64,000 nt of DNA from NCBI GenBank assembly GCA_965202585.1, contig OZ241826.1, positions 35,092,001 through 35,156,000 of the forward strand, written 5' to 3'. Below, in pieces: positions 13,618 through 26,524 of this stretch (its first letter is position 1; each line of letters opens with the position of its first letter). Source of the stretch: Thalia democratica (taxonomy: Eukaryota). The position numbers and the translations under genes were made by a program. The notes beneath the pieces were generated by a model. The model worked only from the letters and a program-made list of their open reading frames with translations. It searched no databases and was not told where the DNA came from.

Positions 13618-14138
13618 CTAAATACACTCTTACACAAATAAAATATAACATCATTATATTTAAGACGTTTAGTTAATTTTTAATTTAATTAAAAATGTTA
13701 AAAATTCACTATATAGTTTTCATGATAGAGTGATTTAAATGTATTTTAAAGTTTTTAAAATCAATTATCAAAAGTTAAAAATTAAACATTATATATTGCA
13801 AATCCTGTGCTAAAATAAGATTCGTAAATCTGATGTGTTATAATTCAATTTTTAATTACTATATGTATAAAATAAAATTAAAAGTACATAAATAAAATAA
13901 ACCAAATAATTTTTATAGACAATAAGTGCGTTTCAAGTTTAATCATAGTAAACTATTAATTACGTATTTTTAATTAATAAAAATTTCTTTGTGTTTTCAA
14001 TATAGTCTAAACCAAATTTAAATTTAATAATTTTAACATTTAGTAGTAGTTTATCAAGATATTTCAAATACTTATAAATTATAAAAAATTACAAAAACTT
14101 GTAGTATTACTGTATATAAAGTAAGTTTTAGCATTATC

Positions 14139-14230
14139 ACCGTGTGGCAGGATGGTTCGATGCATTACTATGCTAACTGCCACTCACGTAAATACGAGCA
14201 CTCGCAGGTTCAAACCCGAGGTACAGCGAA
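14139..14230 (+). other. tRNA(Ser)-like pseudogene or head of a tRNA-derived SINE
   Basis: Pol III A-box TGGCAGGATGG (14145-14155), B-box GGTTCAAACCC (14207-14217), TGCTAA anticodon-loop-like motif and a long variable-arm hairpin. Acceptor and anticodon stems do not pair properly, so this is not a functional tRNA. Confidence 0.5.
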
Positions 14231-14802
14231 TTATTAGTTCAGAGCGAGTGCTCATAAAGAACAGCATTTTTTTTCTCAAATGAAAAAGTGCACGTTTGAA
14301 CTGAGGTTTTTCAATTTCTTTTTTTAATATGATTATATTTATACTAGTTTGCAATTTTTTTTTGCATTCTTTTAGTAGGTTTTTAACACTAAATATATTA
14401 CTTTATAAGAATATTTGTTCATTTTAAAGTTATTTAGCATACAGAAAAACTGATTTATAAATGTTTTAAATATTTGTTAAACTAATGTTGTCTGTTTAGT
14501 TTTATTTAAAAGCCACAGTTTTTCAATTCCTAGTTTATAATGACAAATAATTTTTATAAAATACAAACAAAATATTTTAAACAGGTCGAACTTATATTTT
14601 AGTTCATATAAGTCAATTGATAGTTCAATTATTGATGTCATAATAACATAAATGTTTGTCATTGTATTATTTACATGTAGAAAATAAAGCTTATAAAATC
14701 TGTTTTATTCAAGCAAAAACTTTTTGAAATTAATTTATGGTTTACAAGGTTTGTTAAGGTTATTGAAAGTTTTTAACAGGTATAAGATTACTCTCTACAA
14801 TC

Positions 14803-17185
14803 TAAGGCAGGGCAACGTAAATAGTTGACGGGCCGGATCCAAAAAAAATAGTTATTAGTTGGCCGGAGCATTTGGAGTTATATATTAACATGATTCAGAT
14901 GGATCCTTTTTTATATCCGGATCTTAATTTGTAAATATTATCATGATCCGGCTAAATAATAATTTTAGACAAGATCCAGATCTGAATGGAAGCTAATTTG
15001 AAAAAGATTTGGATCCGGCTGGATGCTAATTGATTGAGTTTTTCATAATTTGAATCAATGTATTAATGACTAAGGTTCTTAAGTTTGAAATTTTGTGTTA
15101 TTTTTTTAAAGTATTTATAACTCTATTTTTATTGTAACTCTGGACCGAAGGAGTAACAGTTATAAAAATTAATTTACTTACTAAAAGTTACTCGAGGCTA
15201 ATATTGTAAGCTAAAACATCAAAAAATTGTTAATTATTCGAAATTATCTAATTTTGGCAATTCTTGGCTGGAGTTTTCTTTAATACTATTATTCAGAAGT
15301 TAACTAGCCTTACAATATTAAATTACTACCTTTTAATTTAATTAAACTAATAAAGACTAATTATTTATTTTTGCAAAAAAAAAAAAACAACAAATAATTC
15401 TGATATAATAAACAATTTTATCATAAAAGGCAAAAATATAAAGTTAAAAAGATCTCCATGAAACACTTAAGGTTAATCATATAATAAAGATGTCTAAGTC
15501 TAGTTACATGACGGTTTGGGAAAATTTGCAAGTGCACTGAAATACCGATTAGGTTTGAAATTAGCCTATCTTTGTTAATTTTTATGATTGGAATTGTTTG
15601 TTTTCAAATGTATGAAGTCTCGAACAAAAGTTTCATGGTCATATATTGAAGTTGACAAAATTTGGCTCGTTCAAAAATACATAAATTCTATCTAAAAATC
15701 TACTATAAGTAATCAAAATTAAATTTTTTATTTAAATTTCATATCAACATATTTGAAAAACAGTTAATCCTAGATAAAAATTACTTTTGCTTAAAACTTT
15801 GATACTTTTACTTTCAAAATATCAAACAGTAATGATCAACTTCTAAAAATTTACCAAGTTCTGTACTTTAAAAATAATGTTATCAAACAATTTATCTAAA
15901 ATACTTTTTTTAAAGTACTGACATAAAATGACGTAATACTAGAATAAAAAAGATATTAATTTATTTTGAAACATGATAACCATATTAATTTTATAAAATT
16001 TGAAATTAAGATCAATTTCACTAATGAAAATAGTATTAAAAGAAAAGTTAACATATAAAACTGTCATATTATATTTTAAATGTAAAGTTCAAAGAGTTTA
16101 GCGAGAACAATTACACTAAAAAGAAGTCAATGAGATATTTTTTGATCATAAAAGTTTTTAACAAGTTGTTTAAAATCTGGAAGTATTTTCATAGTAGATA
16201 TTCTCAGTAATGACTGTAGATTGGTATCAGTAAGATTTGAATGCAGCTTAGTTCTGTTTATATACATGGTTGAGAATGCTTGTTCGCACGTAGACCCAAA
16301 CAGAACAAGTAACTTCATTGCTGTCTTTTTTAAGTTAACAAACTTTGACTTGTTAAAAAGGGCAAAATTCTGTCAAAGTTTTAATTTTGGAACTTTTCTT
16401 TTAGTGTACTGTCACACTGAAGTTTAACATTTCTAACTGTATATTACTAAGTGCAATTTCGATGTTAAAATTAATACCGAACTCTTCTATTAGTTGTTGA
16501 AAGTCTGCAAACCGACGACCAAGCTCATTATCAAGAAACTATCGTTATCAACTTGTCATCACTAAACTTAACCATATAATTAATCAAAAAGTCGTTAATA
16601 AAAAAAATCAATAGCATAAAAGAGTGCAAATTGTAGTCTCAAATTAAAATATATTAGTAAAATTTAATGTTGAGCAGTTTGGCTTAAAATAATTGTCAAT
16701 GTTTAAAATATTTTATTTACATTTCTAAACAAGTATAAAAACAACTCACTACACATCTGGGAAAGACAGCAACTTTTAACACGTCTATTTTTATGAAATT
16801 CTTTATGTTAGGTAAGATCATTAAATTAACTAAAGAAAATTATTGTTGTTTGATAATTTGAGAAAGGATCACTTCAACTGACTCAAACAGAGTAAGATAC
16901 TTTAACAAATAAGTGTTTTTATCACCTCAAAAATAAAAAGCCAATTTTACAAACATTTTTGTATTATAATAATTAAAAAGGTTTTGTGCAAATTTTGTAA
17001 TATTTACATTGGCTGGCCGGATTTCAGATAAATTTTGAAAATGCTTAGCGGGCTAGATCATCTACTCGCGGGCCGGATCAATTTTGTCTGCGGGCCGGAT
17101 TCCATTTAAATTTATAAATTGGGCGCCGGTCATTTTCACTCCACGGCCCTGATCCGGCCCGTGGGCCATACATTGCTCACCCCTA
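14803..17185 (-). mobile_element. Second decayed Charlie/Buster-type hAT transposon, 2.4 kb
   Basis: Right end cattgctcaccccta; degenerate left end taaggcagggcaac; near-TSD CTACAATC/CTATAATC (7 of 8); GGGCCGGAT subterminal repeats at both ends; transposase remnant inside. Confidence 0.75.
16127..16560 (-). pseudogene. hAT transposase C-terminal dimerisation region remnant (EPM2AIP1/GTF2IRD2-like)
   Basis: ELGRRFADF..LQCDSTLKEKF.. followed, after frameshifts, by MKLLVLFGSTCEQAFSTMYINRTKLHSNLTDTNLQSLLRIST..PDFKQLV..KISH, the typical C-terminus of this transposase family. Confidence 0.9.
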
Positions 17186-18049
17186 CTATAATCTGTAGTA
17201 TCTTGTTTGACGATATGTGTGGCTGGCGTTCATTCGTGCCCGCAAGAGACAACTTGCATTCAAGAAAATAAATGAGAATTAAGAATGCGGCACATAGTTG
17301 TTAAAACTAAAACTCTTGTCACTCATACTTGCATCTATACGTTCCACACATATTCACTACATGTCACGTGATTATGAAATGATCTAAAAAGAATCTAACG
17401 CGTCAAATTTGAGACGTTATAATACTGTCTATGAGTATGGGACACGATTGAAATCAACATGCGATTTAATTTACCTGTGTTCAAAGTCTATGTATGTATG
17501 CATTTGATGATAGGATAGTATATATAGGTTTTTTTGGACATGAGCCAGTTATTGTACAATAAGAGTTAGAGTTACAACTTTCATGTAACTTTTTTAAACT
17601 CTACAGTTTTGGTTAAAAGTTCAGTTATTCACTTTAACTGTTGTATATAAAAGGTTTTTTACACAATTTAAACCTTTTGTTAACCCTTTGACTTATAATT
17701 TTATGTTTTCTTCAACTTGTAGAACTTTTCAATGAAAAAATGTTTAAGCTTTTTCAAGTAAGTTTTGAATTTTCATTAATAAATTGTATTTGATAAGTGT
17801 AAATTTATTTATTTTTGTTAGTTGATTTCGTTAATTGAGAAAAAAAAAACATAAATCTGTACCTAATAGGGTAATTATAAATAAGGCGTTCTTTAAGCTT
17901 TCAGCTATTTTGTTTTACATTTGGAAAATATCACAAAAACACTCTGTTCAAATTTTAATACGTTTTGAAGAAACTTCACCTTAGCATCATCCAATTATTT
18001 TGAAAACCTACTCAATACCAACTGTATAGGAGCCTAAAAACACAGACTA

Positions 18050-19880
18050 AGTCTTATGTTGGTTTATTAGATAGGAGGAACAGAAGTACAGCTTGTTTAA
18101 GTTCGATGTGGTCGATTATTACCCTTCTATTAGTGAAGAGTTTATGATTAAGTCACTGAACTTTGCTAATAATTACATTAGCGTACCTGCTGAGGACTTA
18201 AGCCTGATAATAAATGCCTGCAAATCGGTACTCTGCGAACAAGGAGCTCTGTAGAGTAAAAATGGATTAAATACCACCAACTCACTTTTTGACGTAGCAC
18301 AGGGATCTTACATGGGCGCAGAATTATGCAAACTTGTTGGACTTTTCTTTTAGATTGGCTAAAAGATATCTTTGGTTTAAATAGAGTTGGGTTATACAGA
18401 GACGGTGGTCTAGCTGTATTGCCCAACTCATCTGGCTTTAAAGTTGAGAAGCTAAAAAAACAAACACATGCCTTCTTCAGCTCTATGGGGTTAAGAGTCA
18501 CTGTGGAATCGCCACTAGTGATAACTGACTTCCTAGATGTGAAGCTCAATTTGAATGATATCTCTTTTAAGCCTTATATAAAACAAAATGCTAAAGTTAT
18601 GTATGTTAACAAACAATCAAGCCACCTTAAAAATATTATAAAACAAATTCCTATATTAATAAATCAACGCCTAAACAAACGATCTAGTAAAGAAGACAAT
18701 TTTCTAAAGACAAAAGATGAATATGAAAAAATAATGAAAAAATGCGTATACGATAATAAACTTAAATTTGAAAAACCTGAGCAACAACCTAAAAATAATC
18801 AAAAACATAAAAGAAAAAGAAATGTAATCTGGTACAACCCTCCTTTTAGCAATTCAGTAAAAACTAATATTGGAAAAAAGTTTATAAATCTAGTCATAAA
18901 ACACTTCAAAAAACAAAATCCGCTAACAAAAATTTACAACAAACATAATATGTGAATAAGTTATTCGTGTACGGCAAATTTAGAGATCATCATTAAGGCA
19001 CACAACCAAAAAATTTTAAATCAAAACTCAGGAATTCGATGTCAATGTGGCTGCGCTGGTAGCTGTAAATATAATTTGAAAGGAGTCAATTGCCGTTCAG
19101 AGAACATCGTTTACAAGGCCACAGTTAACTCTGGCGTTGAGACAAAATTCTATGTTGGCTTGTGCTCGACTCAGTTTAGATTCAGGTATGCCAATCATAA
19201 AAAATCTTTTAAAGGCGGCATATATGAAAATGACACTAAACTTTCGAAGTATGTTTGTGGCTCAAAGCTAAGCGGCATTGACTTTGAAATATCCTGGGAA
19301 GTTATAAAAACAGCACACCCATAGCTGACGCCAATAGCCCAATATGTAAGCTATGTCTTAAAGAAGCAACAGCCGTTGTATATGCATTGAAAGACAAGAG
19401 ATGCCTAAATAAAAGGAACAAGTTTGTAACGTCTTATAGACATAAAAAAATTGCTTTTAAAGTTTAATAAGTTTTAATTTCATCTTAAAATAATCTAAAT
19501 TACAATTTTTATCTTAATTTTATCTTTATCTCTTTCAATTATCTGTCCTAATATATAGTTATTCACTGAAGTTTTATGAATTTTGCCAGTTTATTGTCGA
19601 TTATTAAATTAATTTTTCCAAAAGCCGTTTTGCATGATTTTTGATAGTTGCAAAATTACGTCATAATCTATTTGTGCTAAATTTTTTAACTTTCATTTGT
19701 GTATTTTGTTTTGTGCTTTTTTTAAACTTGTTTTGAAGCTGATGAGTGCATAAGCACGAAACCCGAGTCCTTTGAATTTAACATCTTGAAATAAACCTTT
19801 TTATTAATAAAGCCCTTAAGGTCGGCTCAGTGTGAAACATTTGATCTTTCAAGTTAAATAACTTAATTCTATATAAATAT
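18050..19880 (+). mobile_element. 5'-truncated, inactivated Penelope-like retroelement (RT followed by C-terminal GIY-YIG endonuclease)
   Basis: RT motifs FKFDVVDYYPSIS, FDVAQGSYMGAELC, GLYRDGG (YRDDG with one catalytic Asp lost) and DFLDV; linker WYNPPFS..KTNIG and a Cys cluster; endonuclease IVYKATV..YVGL..FRFRYANHKKSF..CKLCLKE..LNKR; stop at 19465-19467; several stops and frameshifts; hammerhead ribozyme in the 3' non-coding part. The 3' boundary is approximate. Confidence 0.93.
19732..19776 (+). ncRNA. Type I minimal hammerhead ribozyme of the Penelope-like element
   Basis: TTTGAAG-CTGATGA-GTGC(ATAA)GCAC-GAAA-C(CCGA)G-TC-CTTTGAA: intact core, 4-bp stem II, minimal stem III, GUC cleavage triplet (cut after 19769), 7-bp stem I with two G-U pairs. 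Confidence 0.9.
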
Positions 19881-22441
19881 ACATATAAACTAAGGTGATG
19901 ACTTAAACTTAATTACTTTGTACAGAGCCCACTTGAAGGGCTTTCAAATAATTGTTTATATTGTTATAATTATTATAATTTATTATTAAATAAGTTTTGA
20001 GAAACCTTTATTTATTATTTTTTTTTATGTAGGCATTTAACTGCTATATAAATAAAAAAGGTTTTTGTTTTGTTCTTAAATAAGTGTTAAAGATAAATGC
20101 TTTTTTTTATGCTGTCACCCTTGTATAATTTCAAAATTATAACAGTGCAGACAAATCGTTTGTGTTATTATTTTTTTAAACGAGTTAAGCTTTAGTTAAA
20201 TAGCAATCTTTTAATGAACATGTTCTTGTAATATTTAGTGGTCAATTAAAAAAAAAAAGTAAAATTCCAAGTATCAAATTACAAGTATATAATTACATTT
20301 TACACTTAAACTTACTTAGAACATATTTGTAACAAATGACTAGAAAACATATAATATATAAAGTTAACATACATAGTTAATATACAAAGATAATAACACG
20401 TACAGTTTTTATAACACTTAGGTTTTAGAAAAGGTAACTAACAACTGAATTTAATTTACAGATAAGCTCTCTAAGAGTCAACAACAGTCTGCTAGGTGAA
20501 TTCGCATCTGATGGCTTTAAAGTTATTTATTATTTAAAGTACAAATAATAGTTTTATTTAATCTCATTTATTTATTTTTTTAAGTTTTTATTAAAATTGA
20601 TTATTTTTATTTTAACAGAACATAACAAGCCAATAGGAACAAAAAAGGTTTCAATTAAATCTTATGCTAAAAAAATATGTTTACTTATGTTTCTAAATTT
20701 TTTTTATTTTCATTAGGGGAAGAACAAACTCAGAAATTTAGTCTAAAATTACCACTATTCTATTTAAATAACAAAATATTACTATTTAAAACTATATTTT
20801 TTAACCTTAATAGAATAATTAAAGATCTATATTAATTCACACAAAGTTCTTAGAAAAAATAAGTCGGAAAAACTTTATGTAAGTTTATATATTATTACAC
20901 AATATTCATATATCAAGTCAAGACACTCTAAATACACTCTTTAAACTGCAAGAAAAATGTTAAGCGGTTTTTAAAAAGGTTTTTTAAAAGCAACATTATT
21001 ATCTTGTATTAGTTATAAAATTTTTGTAAGACTGGGACTCATTTAAAATGTTAAACGTTGTGGATTTTATAACAAAATCGATTTTTTTGTTTAATATCAA
21101 TAAGTATATTAAATAACGATAAAAATCCTAAAAGATGATTTTATTATTAAACAGCATTACATGGCTGAATGACCCAAAAACTTATTAAAAAATCAACAAT
21201 TAAAGATTAGTTTACATTTAGTATTTCTAACTTTGTTTTAAATAACCTTTTATATTTATTATGTTTTGTTTTTTTCAATTTATTTTTTCTGATTTTTGCA
21301 ATTGTTAGTTCAATATAAACAGCTTTTTAAATGTATAAGCTTTTTTTAGTTGTTTTAAATTTACATAAACCTAAAGATGAAGCTCGCTCATAAAAAAATA
21401 TTTTTTTTTTCTTAAAAAGTGAAAATAATTTATTAATTGTAAATTAATTATGAAGTTTCTCAATCCTAAATACCAAAATTTTGATAAAAATCAGATAAAT
21501 CAAAAAATGTTCACATATTTTTATTTATTAAAATAGTTTTTTTGAATTATTAAAAGTTTTTGCTAACTTAAAATTTTTTTTTTCTGCTTTTGATAAAACA
21601 AACATCTTTTTAGTATTTCAAAAAATCCCACTCACAGCTGATTTAAAAGTAGAGTAATTATGATCTTTCAAATAGAGCAATGTTTTGTAACACGCTTAAT
21701 TTTAAACTTTAAGTTTGTTTAAAACTAATAAAACGTATAATAAAAAAATCTATCGTTTAAACAGAATCAGAAAATCTAAAGTTGGGTCTAATGAATCTTC
21801 GACGCATTAAAATTAAGGACACAATTAGATATCAAATCATGTTTTATTTATATTGTTTTTCTTTTTTCCTTAAAAAACTTCTGTAAACTTATAAACTATT
21901 ACATTATGGTACGCTCTTTGCTAACATTTTAGATACCTGACTTTGACACCAAGACTCTAAACATGGTTAACATAGTAAACGCGTTCAGTTTACAAAAATA
22001 GTTTTAAGCGTATAAAATTTTACACACGTTGCTTAGTTTTAAAAGTTCTGATCGCTTAGTTAAATAAAACTGTAAACCATGCCAGCATAATTATATATGT
22101 TTAAAGATAATTTTATGCCATATACTACATATCAATTGTAAAATAAAGAAATTAAAAACTAATCCGAAAAATCGTAGTTATACGAGGTTAGATAATTTTG
22201 ACGGGTAGCATTCATATCTATGTTCGTGTTCCACATAACATAGTTTCATTTGATTAAGATTGTTTAAACATTTACAATAAATAGAAAAAGCTATGTTTTA
22301 TTGTAATAAAAAACTTAAAACAACTGTTGTTTTTAGTTTGCCAACACTATAACGTTTTTAATTAATTGTTGCTTTGTTTGTAGCCCTATAAGTAAAAAAA
22401 AATATTATCATAAGTATTTAACAGATTTTATAAAATATTAA

Positions 22442-22863
22442 ATTGAGCAGGAGAATCGTAATAACGATGGTGAAAATGCATAAAATCCTGTTCAAAGAAT
22501 ACACTTAATAAACCCACGAAATAGAATAAACCAACAGAGAGATCTACGACGAAAAAGACAACAACTACAACAAAGACAACAGCAACCAAATGTGATTCTT
22601 AGTATAGCACAGAGAATGGTAGAACATCTACAACAACAACAACAAATAGGTCTGAAATTTGAAAGAATTAGGAGGTTTGTACATTTCACTGCAGACGAAT
22701 CACTGGTTGGGAACAATGCATCGTTTTTCTTAAAGATTTGCAAATTGGTACGGAAATGGTCCGTCTAGATTGTCAAGGCAGCCATTATTTGTGCAAAATT
22801 TGTACAGATGCTTGGTTTCAAAACCACAACAAATGTCCTTTGTGCAATCATGTTTTCAAGTAA
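22442..22863 (+). pseudogene. Intronless RING-finger (C3HC4-type) E3 ligase-like pseudogene with a Gln-rich N-terminal part
   Basis: GLKFERIRRFVHFTADESLVG, 1-nt frameshift, then QCIVFLKDLQIGTEMVRLDCQGSHYLCKICTDAWFQNHNKCPLCNHVFK*. Premature TAA at 22481-22483; the second Zn-ligand Cys is replaced by Phe. Confidence 0.8.
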
Positions 22864-23550
22864 ATAGTCGTTGATATTGTTGTTGTGCACTAATAATTTC
22901 AGTAATTCGTACTACGTGTAATAAAAACAACACATAATTAATTTTAAATGTTTTTTTTCTGTAATAAATTTTACCTAGTAGTTCTAAAACATACAAACTA
23001 TGCAACAGTAGTTAATATTTTCTGAAGAAATAATCTCAACTTTAGTAAGTGATTTATTCTAAACCTTAAATTTTATTTAAAATTACATTGTGTATTTCAA
23101 AAATAAAAATCATCAGCTGATAAATATTTGTACAAAAAATTACTGCGAGCTTGTTAGAACTTTAAATATTTCTTTAACCTATGCAAACATTATTAAATCT
23201 AAGTCGACATTGTTTTGAAATTAAGTTTATTAGTTGAAGAAAAGAACCTAAAAATATATTTTCAAACTAAGTACATGGAATTCATGGATAGAATAATAAA
23301 ACGATGCACTTTCATAAGTTGGTATCAAGTCCCTATTTCATAAGTAAATAATTTTAGACACAAAAGACTAAATATCTACAATTTTAATAAAAACAATAGA
23401 TAACATCACCGTAAAGCTGTTCAAGTACTAGTATTTTGCTAACTGTAAAGTTTGAAAACATAATTTAAAAAAAAAAGTTTACTTGCAACCTTTTATTTGA
23501 CAGTTTCTGATAAAAGCACCTTGTCGCCTTTAAGCTTGATTTATTAATGG

Positions 23551-23833
23551 TAGGGTTTCCCAAAGTGGGACAAGTGGTCCCATAGAGGGCCATGAGCAGC
23601 AAAGGGGTGAAAGGAGAAGAGGGAGCGTGAGTATTAAAGGGGCCAAATTGGGGCCATTTCGTCATAATTTGAAACTTTCACTAGATATTCTGGAGTTGCA
23701 GATGAAGTGCAAAAAAAGATTTTAGGTGTTTTTAATGGTAGATTTTTGAGTAATATTGTTTTGAAGGGGGTCATAGCTTTTTTAATTTATATAAAAAAAT
23801 TTCAATAACTTAAAAATATTTTGGGAAACCCTG
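23551..23833 (+). mobile_element. hAT-type MITE, 283 bp (CAGGGTTTCCCAAA family)
   Basis: TIRs TAGGGTTTCCCAAA / TTTGGGAAACCCTG; internal similarity to 13354-13617; no TSD retained. Confidence 0.75.
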
Positions 23834-26358
23834 GTGTACAGTATTTATTTTGAAAAAAAAACTTATAAGACTTTTAAAAGTATTTCAACAAAAGTGTTAT
23901 CGATTATTCTAGTTCTAAAAGTTTACTGTTGATATTTTATAACAATTTCGGGCATAGTTTTTAAAATAAAATAACTTAATCATAAAAAACTCAGTTTAGG
24001 TAGTAAAAGAATATATTAAGTTGTAATTTGTACTTCAATAATCTACTGTGTTGTAACTGTGTTAGTTTTGGAAAGTTTTATTTGATTAAGATTGCAGTTT
24101 ATCGTTAAATGAGATTTTATTATAAAATTTACTATATCATATAATCTTTAGTAAACAAAAGTGCTGATGTTATCTGTTTTAAGATAGGTCATTATGATAA
24201 GAAAATAGTTAAAAGCATGCTGTAGTCTGCTATACTAACATTTAGCTAAAACTCACATGAAGAGTGTAAAATTAACTCACATTTAAATATATTAAATGTT
24301 TCTTATATAAATTAAGAAAGCTAAAGCTTTAAATTTTTAATTAGTTTCAGTAAGTAAAATGAGTAAATTTCTTAAACTTATCACTTTTTATTTATTTATC
24401 GACCTGTTTTTATTATAACAATCGATATATAACAAACTTTATTAACTGATCTGTAAGTTATTACCAGTTTTTATGTTAAATATTTTCTTTTTAATTTCCT
24501 AGAAAATACGTTAAAATGTATCCAAGTGGTGTGCAGTTCTTTGTTTTTTGTTCTTCAGGTCCTAGGAGAAAATATTATAAGTGCTTTTTTGTCCTTCCAT
24601 AATCTATATTATAAACATAGAAATATACGTCAACTATAAAAATAAGCACAAAAAGCGATTTATATTATAATAATCAATATTTTCTCCGATTTATGACAAT
24701 TCATGCATCACGTATAAAACAATTAATCTTTTACATTTGTTAATTTGAAGTTTTTTATAGCCTACATAAATATGAAGACTTAAATTAAAAGGTAGTATAT
24801 CATTATTATCTTATTATAAGTATTTGAAAAGTCCCTCAAATAAAAACAAGCATTTATTAGTATAAAGAATCCGTTAAATTATTCACAGATCGAACTTTTT
24901 CTGACAGATCATTGTTTGATCAACTCTTTTATAGATCAACAAATTGAATTAAATTGGAAATATTGAAACCTTTAATAAAGAAAATGCTAATTAAATATTG
25001 GTAGAAAAATATCTTTTGCAGATTGCGATTTTATTTAGAATTTGTAAAAGTATATAAAATTAAATAAAACGTCTTATAATCATACAAAAAATAATCATTC
25101 AAAAATTCAACTTTCTTTAAATTCAATATGACGTTTTGCAAATCATATTTTCTAAATGAAAATAAGTAACTTTTACAAAATCAACTTTACATTTTGGATT
25201 AGGACTTCTTACTTATCTTCAAAAAAGTTCATCTTACTTAATCTGTGAGTTTGTTTGTGCATTAGTTATTACAATAATAACTAATGATGATGTTGATGTT
25301 GTAGTAGTTGATGTGTTATACTTTATGATAATTCATTTAGTTTTCAAATTAAAGAAATTTATCTATAAACTCAAATGTTTTAATTTCAGCAATGATAAAC
25401 AAAATTTAAGAAATTTTTTTCTAAATACTTACGTTTAGCAAAACTGTGAAGAAAAACTTTTGTATAGTTTAACTTTATTATATACGGAGAGCACAAACAG
25501 TAATTTAAGTTATTTACCATTAACTTTTATTCAAAATGACTTATTTTGTTATAGTTTAAATAGAATAAAAGTACAGTCAAAAATATTTTTTTTTGAAAAC
25601 TGTACATAGTTTATATAAGTTTTTTATATTTAACATGTTTACTAGAAGTTTATTTTATAACTTAATATGTTTTGCTTAGATAACATAAACATTTTTTTTT
25701 ACATAACTAGCTTTAGTATTTTTTTTAAACTGTAGGTAATAAAGTATCATTTAAAGTTTTATTAAAATGGTTACTATAAATAAAGTAAAAGTTATATTAA
25801 ATATTTATTTCTAAAACTTGCAACATTACTTAACTAATTACTGCTTGAAAATTTATAAACCTATTAATAACTTAAACTGAGGCTTGTTAGTCATTTTTAA
25901 GAAATAATATCAAAATTCTCTAAAAATTGTGTTAAGAATGATCCTTGAAGGTATGTAACAAATCGGAAGTACAAGAACTTTATTTGATTAAAAAAAGACT
26001 TATAGTCTATTTAAAGTACTTTTTTGCTTATTTACTAGTTGTTACAACCCATGATTTTGAAACAAAAACTAAATATTCTTAGGAACAAACTATAGTATTC
26101 ATAAAAACTACAACTAACTAAAACTATGACTTCAACTGGCCAGACCACATTGTTCTTAGAATTTATTTTTACATCAGATTTTTTTGTTTCCTCTAAAATT
26201 GTGTCCAGGTTTGATTTTATTTTGGTAGTTATAGCTTTAATATTAAAAAAAAGCATATACATTGCGTGAATAAATATTCAAAACAATACCTTTATTAAAA
26301 GTTTTGGTTTTAAGAAACAAATAAAGAGATCTCAACTACTGAAAGAGAAATAATGAAC

Positions 26359-26524
26359 TTACTCTTTCAAGAACTTATTTTACAAACTAATTTTCGGTCA
26401 AAGACCTCGTCAGTGCTTAAATAAATCTTATTCAAATAGAATTCTATTTGAACAAGACTTATTTAACCACTGACGAGGTCTTTGACTGAAGCTTAGTTTG
26501 TAAAATAAATTCTTGAAAGAATAA
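26359..26524. repeat. 166-bp near-perfect palindrome containing two inverted hammerhead-like cores
   Basis: Centre GAATTC at 26439-26444 with 83-bp arms and few mismatches. CTGACGA-GGTC(TTT)GACC-GAAA on the minus strand and CTGACGA-GGTC(TTT)GACT-GAAG on the plus strand (from 26470). Confidence 0.9.

Noticed and set aside
18178-18549. Minus-strand 123-aa ORF
   Set aside because: Antisense shadow of the Penelope-like RT coding region.
24886-24940. Cluster of GATC-containing motifs (also 14890-15030 and 35185-35215)
   Set aside because: Short and degenerate; probably TE subterminal remnants with no definable unit.
26035-26262. Minus-strand 75-aa ORF
   Set aside because: Low-complexity AT-driven composition, no recognisable domain and no linked exons.
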